In this document: piece by piece, positions 1 to 7,284 of the stretch
How positions within the stretch are numbered: the first letter of the stretch is position 1
How the letters are laid out: every line of letters begins with the position of its first letter
Assembly (NCBI GenBank): GCA_964579355.1
Contig: CAZOGR010000001.1
Coordinates: 1 to 26,133, forward strand
DNA from: an uncultured Dehalococcoidales bacterium
GTDB taxonomy: Bacteria; Chloroflexota; Dehalococcoidia; Dehalococcoidales; UBA2162
Length of the DNA: 26,133 nucleotides
Direction: 5' to 3'
Program-made: the position numbers and the translations under genes
Notes under the pieces: model-generated
Databases searched by the model: none
What the model was told of the DNA's origin: nothing
Seen by the model: the letters and a program-made list of their open reading frames with translations, nothing else

Positions 1-137
1 CCCGCCCCGAAAACGTCCCACCAGGCCTTCATGAAAACAGGAGTCACGAACAGCGGCTCCCATTTCAATCGCAGCCCGGGGTCGTTGAAAAAGCCGGTCA
101 GGCTTTTGAAATTTTCGTCGGTAACGGAGTAACTCAT
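1..137 (-). CDS. 5' part of a gene running off the window; probable GNAT-family (CelD/BcsL-like) acetyltransferase
   Basis: Manual translation from ATG at 137: MSYSVTDENFKSLTGFFNDPGLRLKWEPLFVTPVFMKAWWDVFGA, open to the window edge. The 'F.TP.F..AWW..FG' pattern resembles CelD-like GNAT N-termini. Not in the ORF track. Confidence 0.5.
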   Translation of the reverse strand, partial: MSYSVTDENFKSLTGFFNDPGLRLKWEPLFVTPVFMKAWWDVFGA

Positions 138-240
138 CCTTATGTTTAGTTTAACATCCGCACCAGCAACCGGCAAATTACCCGCGCAGCCCGGTGCCCG
201 CTATTGAACCGATTACACGGCTGGGGTAAAATTAGCAGAC

Positions 241-1713
241 ATGCGACTCGTTGATATTTTAAAGCTCTGTTGTAAATCATTAGGAAAAAGGGTTCTGCTC
301 ATACTGGCGGCGGGGCTTATCCTGCAGTCCTGCCTCGCTGAGCCGGTACAGGCGGCTCCCGCCCGGGAAATCGTTAAGGAACTGAATTTCGTCTTTCTTC
401 ACGGCATGGGCGGTAATCCCTGCTCGTTCCAGAACCTGATTGACCGGATGAACGCGATGCTTCCCTACTACACGGACCGGTATAACGAAACACATCCCGA
501 TATCACTATTAGAGTCAATACCCTCGCCCGCTGTTATCCCGGCTACGAGGATATCGGTGTCTGGGCGGAGAATATCGCTGGCAGTATCAACACCCACTTC
601 GCAGGCAAGGAAAACCTGATTCTCGTCGGGCACAGCATGGGAGGAAAAACCGCTCTCTACGCCACTGCTCATAATACCGGCAATATTTCCGACCGGGTGG
701 CGGCGGTTATTACGATTAACAGCCCGATAAAGAGCATGAGCCACTATTATGTGCCAGGCGGCGGCCCGATGGCCGATTACTGCCGGACAGCCCTCCTCGG
801 CTCAGACCACGGAGTCTGCAACTCACTGGCATTCTACGACAGCAGCGCCGACGGCCTGAAAGTCAGCCAGGAAAGACACTGGCTCGCTTTTATCTCCGCC
901 GAAAGTTATCCGGTCAGCCCTGAATTCAATCGCTCGGGAGTCGATATTTTCCCAAGACACATGGATGACGGCATCGTCCCTCTGACTGCCCAGTTTGCCG
1001 ATGGTGCCGATGTTATCTACTACGGCCACCAGCAGCACAGCGACGCCGGTGCCCTCGATGAGATTTCCGAAAAACTAGTTAACCATATCCTGCTCTACGT
1101 TTTCGGCTATCCGCAGGAATTCTCCGCCCTGGCCAGGAGCGGTACCATCCGTCACGACGCTGACTGGCTTCTTGGCACCGACACATGGACAGATATCGTC
1201 GGCGGTGTCATTTCTGCCAACGGCACGATTTCCCATAAAAACGAATCATTCTTCATGTTTCAGGAGTACGAGGATATCATCGGCACCTGCGATAAAGGCG
1301 ATGAACGTTCCTATACCCACGTCCACCTTGACTCGACACCCCTTATGACCGCTATCACCGGCGCCGCCTGGCTGAATTCTGAAAATGTCAGTGATTGCCG
1401 ACTCAGCGTCACCACCGTGGCGGCTCCCTTCACCACCGTCGAGGTTGACTGGACCATCTTTAGTGCCGGTATTCTGCCCAAGGAAACTCCTCGTTCGTTC
1501 TATAATGTTGAAATAGTCCGCGGAACGCCGATGGCCAGCATCACCGGAGCCGGCTGGTGGAAAGACGACCTTCTTAACCCGGTTATATGGATTATGTCGG
1601 AAGCCCAAAGCCCGTTCCGTTGGTTCGAAGCCGAATGGAGTATCTATACCAGTGAGTACCGCACCATCAATATTATCGATACGGTACCGATTCGGGTGTT
1701 AACTTACGAATAA
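241..1713 (+). CDS. Secreted alpha/beta-hydrolase (lipase/esterase-like) with duplicated C-terminal beta modules
   Basis: Signal-peptide-like N-terminus; oxyanion motif FLHG; nucleophile elbow GHSMGG; candidate Asp (DDGIVP) and His (QHSD) complete a triad. Confidence 0.8.
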   Translation: MRLVDILKLCCKSLGKRVLLILAAGLILQSCLAEPVQAAPAREIVKELNFVFLHGMGGNPCSFQNLIDRMNAMLPYYTDRYNETHPDITIRVNTLARCYPGYEDIGVWAENIAGSINTHFAGKENLILVGHSMGGKTALYATAHNTGNISDRVAAVITINSPIKSMSHYYVPGGGPMADYCRTALLGSDHGVCNSLAFYDSSADGLKVSQERHWLAFISAESYPVSPEFNRSGVDIFPRHMDDGIVPLTAQFADGADVIYYGHQQHSDAGALDEISEKLVNHILLYVFGYPQEFSALARSGTIRHDADWLLGTDTWTDIVGGVISANGTISHKNESFFMFQEYEDIIGTCDKGDERSYTHVHLDSTPLMTAITGAAWLNSENVSDCRLSVTTVAAPFTTVEVDWTIFSAGILPKETPRSFYNVEIVRGTPMASITGAGWWKDDLLNPVIWIMSEAQSPFRWFEAEWSIYTSEYRTINIIDTVPIRVLTYE

Positions 1714-2609
1714 CCGGAGGGTTCGCTTTCGTCAGGCTCCTCCGGCCTGTTTTGCCGGATATTATTCACATCGACCGTCAGCCAGTCCTCTTCCCAGGGA
1801 AGAGCAGAATTGTCCGGTATCAATCCAAGGGAAACATTATCAACAGTCTCTTTAAGAGGTTTCGGTTCAGCGGTTGACGGATGGCGACGCGAGGGCATCA
1901 AACGGGCAAACCGCATTCCGTGCGTTGCTGCGTTCTGGATTATCAGCCCGAGCCCGATAAAGAACATCCCGGTGAACCGCTCGGCGGTGAAGAGTACCAG
2001 GGCGATTGCCCCGACCATCACCGCGAACCCGAGAATCCAGCCGGACACAGAGGCGGTAAAGGTCGCTTTCCTGTTGTTTTTCATCAATCTCCAGAGAAGT
2101 ATGTGGAGCAGCCTGCCTCCTTCGAGCGGGTATATCGGCAAAAGATGAAACAGACTCAGTGTCAGGTAGAAAAAAGCCAGCCATTTAAAGGGCATGCCGA
2201 GAATCATGCTGTCTTCCGTACCGAAAAACAAGTGAATAAATAAGAATATGCCGGTGATGGCAAGGTTACAGAGCATTCCCGAGACAGTCAGCAGCATGCC
2301 AGTTTGCGGCGTGTACCGTTCGCTCTCAGTCTGTATCACTCCCCCGAAGGCGAAAATGGTCACCGAACTCAGGTGGATATCTTTCGTGCCGGCGATGATG
2401 AGGAGGACGATTTCCCGCACCAGCACCGCCACAAAGAACAGGCCGGCTGTTACCACCCCCAGCAATACCCGGGTGAGTAACGATGTCTCATCCGAAAACT
2501 GGGTACTGATTGTCCAGGGAATCAATAAAAACACCAGCAGCCACGTATAATGAATGCGTAACCGGGTTTTAAAAAGAGTTCCTATTTTCAGCGATGTGGT
2601 TAATTTCAT
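1704..2609 (-). CDS. Site-2 protease (M50/SpoIVFB-like) membrane protein with degenerate zinc-binding motifs
   Basis: Typical 'IGTLF...RIHYTWLL' start, 'IFAFGG', several hydrophobic segments and 'LLP.YPLEGGR'. HExxH reads REIVL. Start set at ATG 2609 (MKLTTSLKIG) rather than the track's 2711. Confidence 0.8.
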   Translation of the reverse strand: MKLTTSLKIGTLFKTRLRIHYTWLLVFLLIPWTISTQFSDETSLLTRVLLGVVTAGLFFVAVLVREIVLLIIAGTKDIHLSSVTIFAFGGVIQTESERYTPQTGMLLTVSGMLCNLAITGIFLFIHLFFGTEDSMILGMPFKWLAFFYLTLSLFHLLPIYPLEGGRLLHILLWRLMKNNRKATFTASVSGWILGFAVMVGAIALVLFTAERFTGMFFIGLGLIIQNAATHGMRFARLMPSRRHPSTAEPKPLKETVDNVSLGLIPDNSALPWEEDWLTVDVNNIRQNRPEEPDESEPSGYS

Positions 2610-2622
2610 CTCATCGAATAGT

Positions 2623-2631
2623 ATTATATCA
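2623..2631 (-). promoter_or_regulatory. Extended -10 promoter (TGATATAAT) for the S2P-like gene
   Basis: Minus strand reads TG-A-TATAAT about 14 nt upstream of ATG 2609, implying a very short leader. Confidence 0.45.
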
Positions 2632-2673
2632 GATAGTAGCAAACAGTACACCGGTTTCCTGTTTCCATACCTT

Positions 2674-2693
2674 AGATTAACGGGCATTAATTT
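2674..2693. promoter_or_regulatory. Candidate transcription-factor operator, copy 1 (AGATTAACGGGCATTAATTT)
   Basis: ATTAA-N6-TTAAT inverted repeat; 14/20 identical to the palindrome at 10548-10567, including the exact 9-mer GATTAACGG. Confidence 0.5.
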
Positions 2694-2736
2694 GACGAAT
2701 ACCGGCCTCATTCTGCCGGAATAAGCAGCATAGCAC

Positions 2737-2765
2737 TGGAAATTACATTAATATTGATATACAAT
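2737..2765 (+). promoter_or_regulatory. Possible weak sigma70 promoter of the mutase operon (TGGAAA-17-TACAAT)
   Basis: -10 matches consensus 5/6, -35 matches 4/6, 17-nt spacer, in an AT-rich intergenic region. Confidence 0.35.
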
Positions 2766-2815
2766 AAACACAGAAAATCACTCTTTTTATTACCCCGAAG
2801 AACAGGAGTTTGTAA

Positions 2816-4579
2816 ATGTCCGGAACTTTTAATGAAAAATTCATGGAGAAGATAAGGAATAAACGCGAAGAGTGGGAAAAGGGAACGCTGAAATCTTCTC
2901 TGCAACGATTCGGCGTCAATGAACCGCCGGACCGATTTTACACTCCCTTGGATATACAAGACTGGGAATTCTCGGAAAAAGTCGGTTTCCCGGGAGAATT
3001 CCCCTTCACCGCCGGGATTTATCCCTGCCATGTTCCCGGAGCCGGGCCGGTAACCGGCGGCGGCAATATCGGGGCAACCGGCAAGGGTATGGTCAGAGCC
3101 GGACGTTATTCCGGCTACGGCATGGCTGAAGACACGCGCGACTTTTACGCGAAAGAAATCAAGCGTGGCCGGACCGTCGGCCCGAATCTGGCCTTCGACC
3201 TCCCTACCCAGATTGGTATCGATTCGGATGACCCTCGGGCTGAAGGCGAAGTCGGTAAGACCGGCGTCGCATTCGATTCGCTTCAGGACTTCGAAATTAT
3301 CTACGAGCCGTACGAAGGCGAGAACGGACTCGATAAAATAGCATCCAACTGGACGACCAATGCTCAGGCATTCGTCATCATCGCCGCCTACATCGCCCTT
3401 GCCGAGAAAAAAGGTATTAACCCGAAAATGCTCCGCGGCACCCCCCAGAATGACATTCTGAAAGAATACGTCGCCCGAGGCACCTACATATTCCCACCCA
3501 AGCACTCCCTCCGCCTCTTCCGCGATATCCTGGTATACTGTACCGAGCACACCCCGAGGCTGAACATCTGCAGCATTGCAGCCTACCATATGCGTGAAGG
3601 CGGGGCCACCCGCGAACAGGCCCTGGCATTCCACTTCGCCAACGCCATCACCTATATGCAGATAGGCGTCGACGCCGGTTTGAAAGTGGACGATTTCGTC
3701 GGACGCTTCAGCTTCAACACCCTCAGCGGCGACATGGAGATCATGAAAGAGATTGCCGCCCGCCGGGCTGCCCGCAGGATGTGGGCAAAGATTGTCCGTG
3801 ACCGCTTCGGCAGCCAGAACCCCCGCAGTCAGATATACCGGGAAGCCGGCGGATTTGTTGTCGGTTGCGTATCCTCGACCAAGCAGCGGCCGCTCAATAA
3901 CCTGACGAGAACCGTCATCGGCGGTGTCGCCGGCGCCTTCTGCGGCTATATCCCCTCGGTCGAACCTCCCTACGACGAAGCTCTCGGCCTCGGCTGGAGT
4001 ACGGAAGCCCAACAGCTTTCTGAAGATGCCGCTCGCATCATCCAGTACGAAGCCAGGCTTACCGAAGTGATGGACCCGCTGGCCGGTTCTTACTACATCG
4101 AATCACTCACCGACCAGATAGAACAGAAAGCCTGGGACATCATGAAGGAAATCGAAGACATGGGCGGTTCGCTCAAAGCTATCGAAAACGGCTACATGCA
4201 GCGCGCTGTCGCCCAGAGCGCTTACGAAAAACAGCGCCGGCTCGAAATCGGTGAGGATATTATTGTCGGCGTCAATGCTTTCACTGACAAGAGCGAACTG
4301 GATGTCCGGGTCAAGCAACTGGTACCTTATCCCTACGACCCAACCAAACAGGCCAGCGCGGAAGTGAACCAGATAAAGAAACTGCAGCAACTCCGCAAAG
4401 ACAGAGACAATAACCAGGTGGCAAAAACGCTCAGCCAGTTGAAAGAAACCGCTAAAGACGAAAATGCCAACCTGCTGCCGGCAACCGTAGAAGCTGTTAA
4501 AGCCTACGCTACCATCGGCGAGATTTGCGGCGCCCTGCGCGAAATCTTCGGAGAGTATTCGACCTACGGTACTCTGTAA
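2816..4579 (+). CDS. Adenosylcobalamin-dependent acyl-CoA mutase, substrate-binding (large) subunit; methylmalonyl-CoA mutase family but divergent
   Basis: AFDLPTQIG.DSD, GEVGK.GV, QNDILKEY.ARGTYIFP, YHMRE, YDEAL and DPLAGSYYIE motifs; RBS AGGAG at 2804-2808. Confidence 0.95.
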   Translation: MSGTFNEKFMEKIRNKREEWEKGTLKSSLQRFGVNEPPDRFYTPLDIQDWEFSEKVGFPGEFPFTAGIYPCHVPGAGPVTGGGNIGATGKGMVRAGRYSGYGMAEDTRDFYAKEIKRGRTVGPNLAFDLPTQIGIDSDDPRAEGEVGKTGVAFDSLQDFEIIYEPYEGENGLDKIASNWTTNAQAFVIIAAYIALAEKKGINPKMLRGTPQNDILKEYVARGTYIFPPKHSLRLFRDILVYCTEHTPRLNICSIAAYHMREGGATREQALAFHFANAITYMQIGVDAGLKVDDFVGRFSFNTLSGDMEIMKEIAARRAARRMWAKIVRDRFGSQNPRSQIYREAGGFVVGCVSSTKQRPLNNLTRTVIGGVAGAFCGYIPSVEPPYDEALGLGWSTEAQQLSEDAARIIQYEARLTEVMDPLAGSYYIESLTDQIEQKAWDIMKEIEDMGGSLKAIENGYMQRAVAQSAYEKQRRLEIGEDIIVGVNAFTDKSELDVRVKQLVPYPYDPTKQASAEVNQIKKLQQLRKDRDNNQVAKTLSQLKETAKDENANLLPATVEAVKAYATIGEICGALREIFGEYSTYGTL

Positions 4580-4617
4580 CCATAACAATGAACGTGATAA
4601 AGGGGTAAATTACTGAT

Positions 4618-5013
4618 ATGAGCAGTAAACAGCCAATAAAAGTCCTGTTAGCAAAACCCGGCCTCGACGGTCACGACCGAGGCGCGAAGGTAATAACCAT
4701 GGGCTTGAGAGAAGCTGGCATGGAAGTCATTTACACCGGGCTGAGACAGACGCCCGAAATGATAGCTCAGGCAACACTGGAAGAGCAACCGGATGTGGTT
4801 GCCTTAAGCTGCCTGTCCGGCGCCCACCAGTCTCTCTTTCCCAGAGTTGTTGAAGAGCTGAAAAAGAGAAACATGAAGGACGTTCTGGTCATCGGCGGCG
4901 GGATTATTCCTGATGAGGACGTTCCCGAACTTCAGAGTAAAGGCATTAAAGCCGTTTTCGGCCCCGGCACCTCCATTAAAGAAATTGCCGAATTCATCAG
5001 GGAAAACGTATAA
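4618..5013 (+). CDS. Acyl-CoA mutase cobalamin-binding (small) subunit
   Basis: K.GLDGHDRG (DxHxxG base-off motif), SxLxG (LSCLSG) and GGII motifs. Confidence 0.95.
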   Translation: MSSKQPIKVLLAKPGLDGHDRGAKVITMGLREAGMEVIYTGLRQTPEMIAQATLEEQPDVVALSCLSGAHQSLFPRVVEELKKRNMKDVLVIGGGIIPDEDVPELQSKGIKAVFGPGTSIKEIAEFIRENV

Positions 5014-5073
5014 CTGCTCGCCATTGGCAAAAAAAGCAGTTTTACTTTCACGTTATTATAAGGAGGATTTGTT

Positions 5074-5490
5074 ATGTCCAAGAAAAAGGTCCCTCTGGCA
5101 CAAGGTCTCTTCACATGGCCTTCTGACCAGCCGAAGCTGATTGGCAGCAGATGCAAGAAATGCGGAACTCCGGCGTTCCCGAGTGTTGCTTACTGCACCA
5201 ATCCCGATTGTGAAAAAAATCCGGATAACGTAGAGAAAATCGAGCTCAGCAATCGGGCGAAACTCTACACCTACGCCGTTCAGGCTTATCCGATGCCGGC
5301 CCCCTTCAAAATGGAACCCTTCGAGCCTTTCCCGCTTGGCATGCTCGATTTCCCGGAAGGTCTGAGGATTCTCGGTATGCTGACCACTCCCGATGTAGAG
5401 ATTGGTATGGAAATGGAAATGACCGTGAAAAAACTCTACGAAGATGACGAGAACGAGTACATCACTTGGGCATGGAAGCCGGTAAAGTAA
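5074..5490 (+). CDS. DUF35 / Zn-ribbon OB-fold acyl-CoA-binding protein (thiolase partner)
   Basis: CKKC...CTNPDC four-Cys ribbon followed by an OB-fold ('IGMEMEM'); directly upstream of a thiolase; RBS AGGAGG. Confidence 0.9.
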   Translation: MSKKKVPLAQGLFTWPSDQPKLIGSRCKKCGTPAFPSVAYCTNPDCEKNPDNVEKIELSNRAKLYTYAVQAYPMPAPFKMEPFEPFPLGMLDFPEGLRILGMLTTPDVEIGMEMEMTVKKLYEDDENEYITWAWKPVK

Positions 5491-5512
5491 GGATAGGAGA
5501 AATTAACGAAAG

Positions 5513-6730
5513 ATGAAAAACAGAGATATTGCAATTGTTGGAATGGGCGTTCATCCTTACGGAAAATGGCCTGACAAGTCCATGGCTGAAATGGGATGCT
5601 ATGCTATCAACCAGGCGCTTGAAGACGCCCACATGAAGTGGCGTGATATCGACGCCATGGCCTGCGGTGCCTACATGTGGATTGCCGACCAAGGCGGAGT
5701 ACCTTCACTGTTACTCGGAACCTCCATCTCAACCATGATGGGCGGCACGGGTATCCCCTGTGTCAACATCGTCAACGCCTGCGCCACCGGCCAGACTATT
5801 CTCAGGGAAGCCTGCCTGGCTGTCGCTTCTGGCGAACATGAAATTGCCGTTGCTGTCGGCACCGATAAATCGGCCGGCGGCTTCTTCAGACCCCAGGGCA
5901 ACGATAAACGGTATGACAACGACTGGATTCGCTACGCGATGGTCGGTGAAACCAATCCCGGCTACTGGGCGATGGAAATGCGCCGTAGAATTCACGATTG
6001 TGGCACCACCGAAGAAGACATGGCCATGGTCAAGGTCATCACCAGTAAAGGCGGCGTCCATAATCCGAACGCCCGCTATCGCAAAGAATACACCCTCCAG
6101 GAAGTCCTCGAATCGCCGATGGTTTGCGACCCGCTTCGCCTATACGAAATCTGCGCCACGAGCGACGCCGCTTCCGCAATAATCGTCGTTCCCTTCGACC
6201 AGGCGGAAAAATATACCGATAAACCGATTCGTATCGAGGGCCTGGCAGTCGGTTCGCCGTCATTCGGCGACCCCTGCATCCCACTGACCTACCTCAGTGC
6301 TTTACCGAAATCCGACGTCGGCACCCTCGGCTGGAGTGAAAGCCGTAACGCACTCGCTGCCGCGTATAAGCAGTCAGGACGCACTCCGAAGGACATCGAT
6401 GTCATCGAACTGCCCGATAACAGCTCATGGCACTACCTTACCTATATGGATATGATTCTCCAGCTCCCCTACGGCGGCTCGGATAAACTCCTCCGCGAAG
6501 GGTATTTCAATATCCCGGACGGTAAAGTTCCGGTCTGCCCCAGCGGCGGATTCGGCGCCTTCGGCGAAGCGACTGTTGCCCAGGGACTCTGGCAATGCAT
6601 CGAAGTTGCTTACCAGCTTCGCGGTGACCTCGGCCCGAGACAGATTACCAACAACCCCAAGGTCGGACTTGCTCAGAGTTACGGCTATGCCGGTAACAAC
6701 GGCGTCTGCATCATGAGCAAAGCCTTTTAA
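5513..6730 (+). CDS. SCP2/lipid-transfer-protein-type thiolase-fold enzyme with non-canonical C-terminal catalytic motifs
   Basis: N-terminal Cys90 in NACATG, HNPNA, 'C..SD.A.A', PSGG..GEA, and QLRG..G.RQ motifs. Confidence 0.9.
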   Translation: MKNRDIAIVGMGVHPYGKWPDKSMAEMGCYAINQALEDAHMKWRDIDAMACGAYMWIADQGGVPSLLLGTSISTMMGGTGIPCVNIVNACATGQTILREACLAVASGEHEIAVAVGTDKSAGGFFRPQGNDKRYDNDWIRYAMVGETNPGYWAMEMRRRIHDCGTTEEDMAMVKVITSKGGVHNPNARYRKEYTLQEVLESPMVCDPLRLYEICATSDAASAIIVVPFDQAEKYTDKPIRIEGLAVGSPSFGDPCIPLTYLSALPKSDVGTLGWSESRNALAAAYKQSGRTPKDIDVIELPDNSSWHYLTYMDMILQLPYGGSDKLLREGYFNIPDGKVPVCPSGGFGAFGEATVAQGLWQCIEVAYQLRGDLGPRQITNNPKVGLAQSYGYAGNNGVCIMSKAF

Positions 6731-6755
6731 CTTTTTTAACTGTAGTCAGAACTGT

Positions 6756-6790
6756 GAGCAGGCTGAAGGAACACCTCCGTCAGCCTGCTC
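6756..6790. repeat. Intergenic inverted repeat (11-bp perfect stem, no U tract)
   Basis: GAGCAGGCTGA (6756-6766) pairs with TCAGCCTGCTC (6780-6790), between the thiolase and the epimerase. Confidence 0.7.
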
Positions 6791-6816
6791 TGTTCATTAA
6801 CAGGAGGTATATCAGC

Positions 6817-7212
6817 ATGCTTAAAGGAATCAGTCACACCGGTATAGCCGTCAAGAATCTCGATGAAACGATTAAAGTCTATGAAGCCCTCGGGGCTGTC
6901 ACCGGCGAGATTCACGACGCTCCGGAATCAGGCATGAGAGCCGCCATGGTACACGCCGGCAGCAGTACCCTCGAGCTTATCGAACCGATTGGTGAAGGCG
7001 GCGTTATCGCTAAATTTATCGAAAGTCGCGGCGAAGGCATTCATCACCTCTGCATGGAGGTCGATGATATCGGAAAAACCCTCGCTGAACTCGAGTCGAA
7101 AGGTATCAGGCTGATAGACAAAGTACCGAGACAGGGTATCGAAGGCCAGGTCGCCTTCATTCATCCCAAATCGATGAACGGGGTACTTATCGAACTGCTG
7201 GAAAAACCATAG
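6817..7212 (+). CDS. mce: Methylmalonyl-CoA epimerase family (VOC) protein
   Basis: HTGIAV, ELIEP, GEGIHH and 'HPKS.NGVLIEL' motifs. Start set at ATG 6817 behind AGGAGG (6802-6807), not at the track's 6754. Confidence 0.9.
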   Translation: MLKGISHTGIAVKNLDETIKVYEALGAVTGEIHDAPESGMRAAMVHAGSSTLELIEPIGEGGVIAKFIESRGEGIHHLCMEVDDIGKTLAELESKGIRLIDKVPRQGIEGQVAFIHPKSMNGVLIELLEKP

Positions 7213-7235
7213 GCACCATCCTGCGGAAACAAAAC

Positions 7236-7261
7236 AAGAGAGGGGATTCCTCCCCTCTCTT
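7236..7261. terminator. Probable bidirectional intrinsic terminator between convergent mce and etfA
   Basis: AAGAGAGGGGA-TTCC-TCCCCTCTCTT perfect hairpin, with an A-rich run on the left and a T-rich run on the right. Confidence 0.75.
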
Positions 7262-7284
7262 ATTATTTCCGGGAAACGCGTCTT

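Noticed and set aside
208-224. GATTACACGG as a third operator copy
   Set aside because: It needs an insertion to align and lacks the right-hand TAAT half-site.
1714-1745. Hairpin at the convergent overlap of the hydrolase and S2P genes
   Set aside because: The 7-bp stem has a long loop, lies inside coding sequence and has no immediate U tract.
2610-2711. Longer start for the S2P-like gene given in the track
   Set aside because: Family similarity begins at Met 2609; the extension runs through an AT-rich promoter region that contains an extended -10 and the operator.
2610-2815. Cobalamin riboswitch upstream of the B12 mutase
   Set aside because: No B12-box or GGGAA/GCCACTG core is seen; the region is short and AT-rich.
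2708-4012. 434-aa antisense ORF over the mutase gene
   Set aside because: It is a shadow frame of a strongly supported gene, with no motif and no RBS. The same applies to the other antisense or alternate-frame ORFs in the track (for example 280-744, 11707-12462, 13753-14580, 15451-16182, 16145-16762, 18620-19198).
5012-5049. Possible terminator between the mutase small subunit and the DUF35 gene (AACTGCT...AGCAGTT plus T-rich run)
   Set aside because: The 7-bp AT-rich stem has a 16-nt loop and is too weak to call.
5074-6730. Calling the pair bbsAB (toluene/benzylsuccinate pathway)
   Set aside because: The HD and GHP motifs of BbsB are absent, and no bss or other bbs genes are in the window.
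2816-7212. Annotation as an ordinary propionate pathway (methylmalonyl-CoA mutase plus epimerase)
   Set aside because: Many canonical pocket residues are replaced, and the operon contains a DUF35/thiolase rather than MeaB or a carboxylase; only the family-level call is supported.
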